DNA from: Felis catus
Lineage: Eukaryota
Direction: 5' to 3'
Assembly: GCF_018350175.1 (NCBI RefSeq)
Contig: NC_058377.1
Coordinates: 114,762,001 to 114,826,000, forward strand
Length of the DNA: 64,000 nucleotides
How positions within the stretch are numbered: the stretch's first letter is position 1; the number at the start of each line of letters is the position of its first letter. Under the pieces are notes generated by a model that searched no databases, was not told the origin of the DNA, and saw only the letters and a program-made list of their open reading frames with translations. This document shows, in pieces, positions 58,606 through 64,000 of the stretch. The position numbers were made by a program, and so were the translations under genes.

Positions 58606-59480
58606 CCTGAGGCGGGAGGAGACGGCGGCGGCGTGACTCGGAGGCCGTCCGCCCCGGCCCCCTCCAAGACCCGGCCGGCGCCTGCCCGCCCCTCCCCGGG
58701 ACCCCCACGGCCCCCACTGCCCGCGCCCCGGCCCCGCCGCCCACTCACTCGGCGGCAGACTAGCCTCACGCGTGCGACCTCGGCGGCGTCAGGGACGGAA
58801 AGGAAGTCGCAGGCGCGGGGGGCGGGGGTAATCCGCTACCCAGAAGCCCCCGGGATCCGCGTGCCGCGCCGCGAGGGCGCCTCCGAGTGACGTCACACGG
58901 CGCCCAGGCGGCGGAGGCGAAGAGGCCTCGCTTTGTACAGTCCCGCGGCAGCAAAGGCGAAGGGCAGCTCCAGGGCCGCCTTCCTGTACCACGCGGGACG
59001 AGGGTCCCCCGACCTTCTTGGGATGGCGGAGCGAGCGAGCTTGCAGCGCGGCCGCGACTCCCGCCACACATCTCTGTGCGGCAGACGTGGCCGTCGCCGT
59101 GGGAGGACTCCAAGTCCCATGGTGCACCACTACCGGAAGTGCGGGCGCGCTTTCTGTGCCGACGCACGCGGCCGGCCGGCTGCCGGTTGGTTCCTGGCCG
59201 CGGGGACTGTGGGGACCCGCGGTATTCCCGCGCACCCAGGCCAGTGAGGTGGGCGAGTCCGGCCCGCACTCATACTGCGGAGCCGAGCGGCCTGGGCCTG
59301 GTGGCTGCGCCCCTACGGGGTCGTGTGGACTCCGAACTCACCTCTGTGTCCACGTGCCACTTGTTCACTGCACGGTATCCGGGACCCCGCCGCCGGTTGG
59401 CGTGGCGAGAGGGAGCAGGCCTGGCCCTGCTTCTCCGGAACCTAAGTTTAGAGCGCGCGAACACACAGAGTAAATAAACG
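58300..59480. promoter_or_regulatory. CpG island, RPLP2 promoter with CRE (GTGACGTCAC 58887-58896), ZNF143-like site (59105-59127) and ETS site (ACCGGAAGTG 59132-59141)
   Basis: Motifs read directly from the sequence; factor binding is inferred. Confidence 0.7.
58797..58806 (-). promoter_or_regulatory. 5'-terminal oligopyrimidine (TOP/TCT) start of RPLP2
   Basis: Minus strand gaCTTCCTTTCCg about 58 nt upstream of the exon-1 donor; typical of ribosomal protein genes. Confidence 0.75.
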
Positions 59481-59814
59481 AGTCGATCCAGACCGAGATA
59501 AGCTCGAAGGGATGAGGTGGCCCTGAGAACTGGGGCGAGCGCCAGGCAGAAGGGTCAGGTGCAAAGGCCTCACCGTGGCTGGGGATGGGTCCAGAAGCAG
59601 GAGCCAGCCCAGCCCGTGGGGGGCTGTCACAGCGAGGCCAACCTTCGGGTGTAGTGCATCAAGCACGGGTGTGTTCATGCAAACCACACGGTTCCTGTGG
59701 GCGGCCTCGCTGTCTGGCGCAGAAAGGTTTTCTTGTTCAAGGTCTCACAGTTGGGGTAAAGTGGGGAAACTCCTTGCAAGGAGGGGACTTCTGCAATACC
59801 TAGGGAAGTAGCCG

Positions 59815-60195
59815 GTTGTGATTTTTATTTTTAGAGATAAAATAATACATGAGACCTACCATTTTAATCACCCAATTCAGTCGTATTGGGTCCATTCACA
59901 TTACACAACTGTCACCGTCATCCATCACCAGACTGTTTTTCATCTTCCCAAGTTGGATTAGACAGTAACTCCCTATTCTCTCTTCCAGTTCCTGGCTCCC
60001 ACCATTTAAATTTTTTGTCTCTGAATTTGGCTACTCTGGGGACCTTGTATTAGAGAAAGCACACAGCGTTTGCCCTTCTGGATCTGACATTTCGTTTAAC
60101 GATCTTCTGAAGGTTCATGCACGTTGTAATGTGTGTGTGCGCGTATCCCAATTTTGTTCCCTTTTAAAGCTGAATAGTATTCCTGTGATTTATTT
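59815..60195 (-). mobile_element. Old LINE-1 3'-end fragment (L1M-type)
   Basis: AT-rich island with typical antisense L1 3'UTR phrases (ccattcacattacacaactgtcacc...tttttcatcttccca; aaggttcatgcacgttgta; gctgaatagtattcc). Confidence 0.75.
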
Positions 60196-60349
60196 AAGAC
60201 TTCCGGCAGCTATGTAGAAACTGAGTGGGGGACAGGAGCCAGGAAAGTGGGGGCCTGGCAGAACTGCCCATCCTGGGGGAAGGGGCGGTGATAGCTAGGG
60301 AATCGGAGGAAAGAGGGAGCGGCAGTGTGGGCAAATGAACACAGGGACG

Positions 60350-60475
60350 GCAGGCTCTGAGAGTCAGACCTAGTTTGAAGTTCTTGGCTTTGGCACTTAC
60401 CGGCTATGAGTCCTTAGGCAAGATCTAATCTGTCATGGCCTCCATTTCCTTTCCTTCGAGGTGCAAAGATTGAAA
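60350..60475. mobile_element. MIR SINE fragment
   Basis: ggctctgagagtcagacctagtttgaagt...cacttaccggctatgagtccttaggcaag...gcctccatttcct resembles the MIR consensus. Confidence 0.65.
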
Positions 60476-60699
60476 AAGGCAACGTGCGTGCGGGGAAGCC
60501 CACTGCTGGGTCACTTGGCCCAGAGCGATTGCCAGTTAATAGGATCACAGGAGCTGGGACAAGGTCTCTAGAGGAGCCCCAGGAAGGCTCCGGGGAGAAG
60601 GAGGCCCCTGAGGCTGGCTGGGAAGTGGCCCATTTAGAGCTCTGGCTTCTGGCAGCAGCTGCGATCGGCCCCCAAAGCCTTCCTCCGTGCCGAGATTTG

Positions 60700-61260
60700 C
60701 ACCAGCTCACTCTGACAGGGGCCCAGAATGCCCAGCTCCGGAGCAGGGCGGGCCTGAGGGCCAGGAACCTCTGAAAGGGCGGGTTTCCCAGCCGCTACGC
60801 GGGCCCTCGCGGCGGGAGAGGCTGGACTGAGACGGACTAACAGGAAGCCGAGTGCAGCTGGGCTGGCGGCTGCCGGTTGGGGTCCGCGGCCGCGTCTCCA
60901 GGGCTGCAGGCTGGCAGAGGGCAGGCGGGGCGGGGAGGGACCCCGAGGCCGTTGCCTGCGGTCCCACCACAGAGCTAGGGGTGTCCTGACTGGGCGGGAC
61001 CGGGAGTCCCGGCCCGCTCCGGGAACTCACCGGCGGAAACCTGGCGCCAGACGCGCACCGGGGACCGCGCACAGCCTGGAAGGCAGGTACGCGCGGGGCG
61101 CTGGCGGGCGGTGGGGACGGTGGGGGTCGGGGGTGCTCTCGGGGCCAGGACCAGCCCCCAGGCGGTCGGAGCTCTGAGTGTGCAGACCACTGCCTTCATC
61201 TTCCGACCGAGATGCGAACGGGAAGCGTGGGAGAACCCTCCTCCAGCGGTCACGAAGTGG
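60700..61260 (+). promoter_or_regulatory. CpG island, PIDD1 promoter and candidate non-coding exon 1 (donor CAG|GTACGC, exon ends 61086)
   Basis: CpG-rich block; consensus donor; next acceptor ctgcAG| at 61777 precedes the ATG exon. Confidence 0.65.
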
Positions 61261-61799
61261 GGTCCCATCACCCCACACACACACATTCACTTCTCTGACA
61301 CATGCGGGCACAATCACCCTGTTCCACGTCTGGGCCACTGCCTCCACGCGGCAGATAAGAGTCCTTGACCTCTGGTCGAAGCTCCTGGGTGTGAAGGCTG
61401 GAGGTGGGGCTGGACCCAGAACTCTGAAAGGGGCGGGGAAGGGAGACAGCCAGGATGAGCTGACAGCTCTAGGAGTCCCTTGTGCCAATGTCCAGAATCG
61501 GGATGTGAAGCCTCACTTCTCCCTCCTCTCCCACTACCCCCGCCCCAGCAGGTTTCCCAGGCTCCTCCGCACACAGGTCTCCCTGCGTGCTGCCCTCCTA
61601 GCTCTAGGGCGCTCATTTCCCAGCCCTATTCCAGCAAAGATCTGTGCAGCCGAGGCCCTGGGCTCTGTGGGTCGGCTGGCCTGGCTCAAGGACTCCCCTC
61701 CAGCCCGAGTCTCCATTCCCCTGAGCAGGAGGAGGGCCCAGTCCCACTCCCTCCCACTCCTCCCCCTGACTCTGCAGCCTTCCCAGGCCCTGCCTGAGC

Positions 61800-61828
61800 A
61801 GGCCTGCTTGGCAGGCTGGGACATGTCT
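61800..61828. promoter_or_regulatory. p53 response element in the PIDD1 5'UTR
   Basis: AGGCCTGCTT (one core mismatch), 9-nt spacer, then GGACATGTCT (perfect RRRCWWGYYY). PIDD1 is an established p53 target. Confidence 0.7.
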
Positions 61829-61853
61829 GGCCCCCGAGGACGGCCGGTGGGCG

Positions 61854-64000
61854 ATGGCTGCGGTGGCGGAGGGGCTGGAGCCCGAGGCAGCTGCTACAGA
61901 AGATGATGCACAAGATGCTGTAGATGCTGTGGGTGCTGTGGACGCAGAACCCGGGGACCCCCCTCTCCTGGTTGGGAGCCGGCTGAGCCTGGACCTGTAC
62001 CCTGGGGGCTGCCAGCGGCTGCGACACCTGTGTGCCCGGCAGTCCCCGCAGCTGCTGGAGGTGCAGTTCATGCAACTGAGCAGCCACGAGGACCCTCGGC
62101 TGCTAGAGACCACCCTGGCCCAGGTGCCGTGCAGCCTGCGGCATCTTCGCTCCCTGGTCCTCAGAGGTGAGCCCCACCTGGTCCCACCCCCTCACAGGGT
62201 GCAGCTGGCTGCGCCCGCGCTCCTGGACACCGCAGCTCCCAGCCGACCCTAGCGTGGCTGTCTTTCCTGGGGCAGGTCGTGGGTGATGGCTATCAGGCCA
62301 GACGAGCCTGCAGTGTCCGTCTGCTGGCGTCTCAGTCTGTCCCTGTGTGGGTGGGGTTAGAAGTCTGCGCCTCTGAGCGGGGACCTGACTCTGGCTCTGA
62401 GGGCCACATCTGCCTTCCCCCTTTCCCCTTTCCCCTTTCCAGGTGGGCAACAGCGGGATGTGCTGGGTGCCTGCCTCCGGGGCTCCCTGACCACACTGCC
62501 TGCTGGCCTGAGTGGCCTGACCCACTTGGCCCACCTAGACCTGAGCTTCAACAGCCTGGAGACGCTGCCGGGCTGCATCCCCCAGATGCATGGTCTGAGC
62601 ACCCTCCTGCTCTCCCACAACCACCTCTCAGAGCTCCCTGAGGCTCTGGGCGCCCTTCCCGCCCTCACCTTCCTCTATGTGACCCACAACTGCCTGCGAA
62701 CGCTGCCCAAAGCGCTGGGAGCCCTGTCCACCCTGCAGTGCCTCGATCTCTCACAGAACCTTCTGGACACTCTGCCCCCTGAGATTGGAGGCCTGAGCAG
62801 CCTCACCGAGCTCAACCTGGCCTCCAACCGGCTGCAGAGCCTCCCAGCCTCCCTTGGTGAGTAGGAGCCGTGGCCCTCTTGGCTCCCTGGGCCTGATGGG
62901 GAGTGCCTGGCCTCCACTCTCACGTGGGCCCCCTTGTCCTCCACAGGGGCCCCTGCACACACAGGCTTGGCCCACCTCAGAGCCTCCACCCCCCTAGGTG
63001 ACCGTTGCCTGCCTTCCCTTCCCCAGCTGTGGAGGCCCCTGCACAGACTTCCCAAGCCCCCTGAGTCTGGCCGGAGCGGTCAGAGACAGGACTAGTGCGA
63101 GTGTCCCGTCCTGGCCAGGGCTGGGGTGGCCCTGCGCGGCCCTCTGCTGGCCCTGAGCTGGCACCTGCCCGCAGCGGGGCTGCGGTCCTTGCGGCTGCTT
63201 GTTTTGCACAGCAACCTCCTGACCTCGGTGCCCACCAGCCTGGCCCACCTCCCGCTGCTCACCCGACTGGATCTGAGGGACAACCAGCTCCGGGACGTGC
63301 CCCCTGAGCTACTGGACGCCCCCTTTGTGCGCCTTCGGGGGAACCCCCTGGGCGAGGCCCCGCCTGCCCTCCCCAGTCCCCCAGGTAGGCCTGTTGCTGG
63401 GGGAGGTCAGGCCACAGACAGGCCGAGGGGGCAGGTGCCATGGCTGTTCTAACAGCTTTCCTGTCCCTCCATAGGGACACCGACGATCCCAGAAATGCCC
63501 AGACTGTTCCTGAACTCAGATTTGGACAGGTGTGTTGGGGAGGAGAGATGGGGCCAGACAAGCATGTCCTGGCCCTGTCACCCTGTCCCTGATGGACACC
63601 TTGCTCATGCCTCCGGGGTCTCCCACGGTTTCCTAGGGGTGCCCAACTCAGATGTACACATGCCTTCTGTGTCTGACTGGATGTCCGCCCTGTCATGCAG
63701 CTTCCTCGTGACCCCCCAAGGCTGCTCGGTGACCTTGGCCTGTGGCGTCCGCCTGCAGTTCCCTGCTGGGGCCACTGCCACCCCTGTCAGCATCCGCTAT
63801 CGACTACGGCTGCCGGAGCCGCGACTCGTCCCCTTGGGTCCCCACGACTCTCTGCTCAGCCACGTCCTGGAGCTGCAGCCCCACGGGGTGGCCTTCCAGC
63901 AGGCACGCCCAGAACAAGTCAGGGGTGGGGTGCAGGTGATGAGGGCCCAGGCCTGGGCCCAGCGCTCACGCCACCCTTGCCTGGCAGGAGGTGGGCCTGT
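61854..64000 (+). CDS. PIDD1: p53-induced death domain protein 1 (LRR repeats and start of ZU5 domain); 3' partial
   Basis: Coding exons 61854-62166, 62443-62856, 63175-63384, 63475-63529, 63701-63902, 63988->64000. MAAVAEGLEPEAAA...LSLDLYPGGCQ, LRRs (LxxLxLxxNxL), SFLVTPQGCSVTLACGVRLQFPAGA...LELQPHGVAFQQ|EVGL. Confidence 0.97.

Noticed and set aside
61904-61906. Selenocysteine recoding of the alt-frame TGA within a Cys-rich stretch
   Set aside because: No SECIS can be assessed because the 3'UTR is outside the window, and the context is not the TGA-CTAG readthrough motif; simple nonsense mutation is more parsimonious.

Overview
Eukaryotic, very GC-rich, intron-containing mammalian genomic DNA. 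The carnivore tRNA-derived SINEs, one of them a young feline-type copy, point to a carnivore, most likely a felid. The region is syntenic to human 11p15.5. Gene order: CHID1 (3' end, +), TSPAN4 (-), POLR2L (+), CD151 (-), CRACR2B/EFCAB4A (-), PNPLA2/ATGL (-), RPLP2 (-, hosting SNORA52), PIDD1 (5' part, +). I reconstructed all coding exons by hand from splice sites and reading frame; all frames are intact. Almost all ORFs in the supplied track are GC-rich shadow ORFs. I see no new multi-gene system. Best leads: (1) the overlapping altPIDD1-like frame, whose ATG is the core of a p53 half-site, is broken by one TGA but otherwise open for 180 codons; (2) an in-frame 89-codon N-terminal extension of TSPAN4 from an intragenic CpG island; (3) a minisatellite that has amplified the first PNPLA2 splice donor into frameshifting decoy donors; (4) a shifted, possibly non-AUG-extended CRACR2B start; (5) a CD151 poly(A) signal supplied by an L2 element; (6) a weak GC-AG intron in PIDD1. 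All comparisons with human orthologues are from memory, not from a database search.
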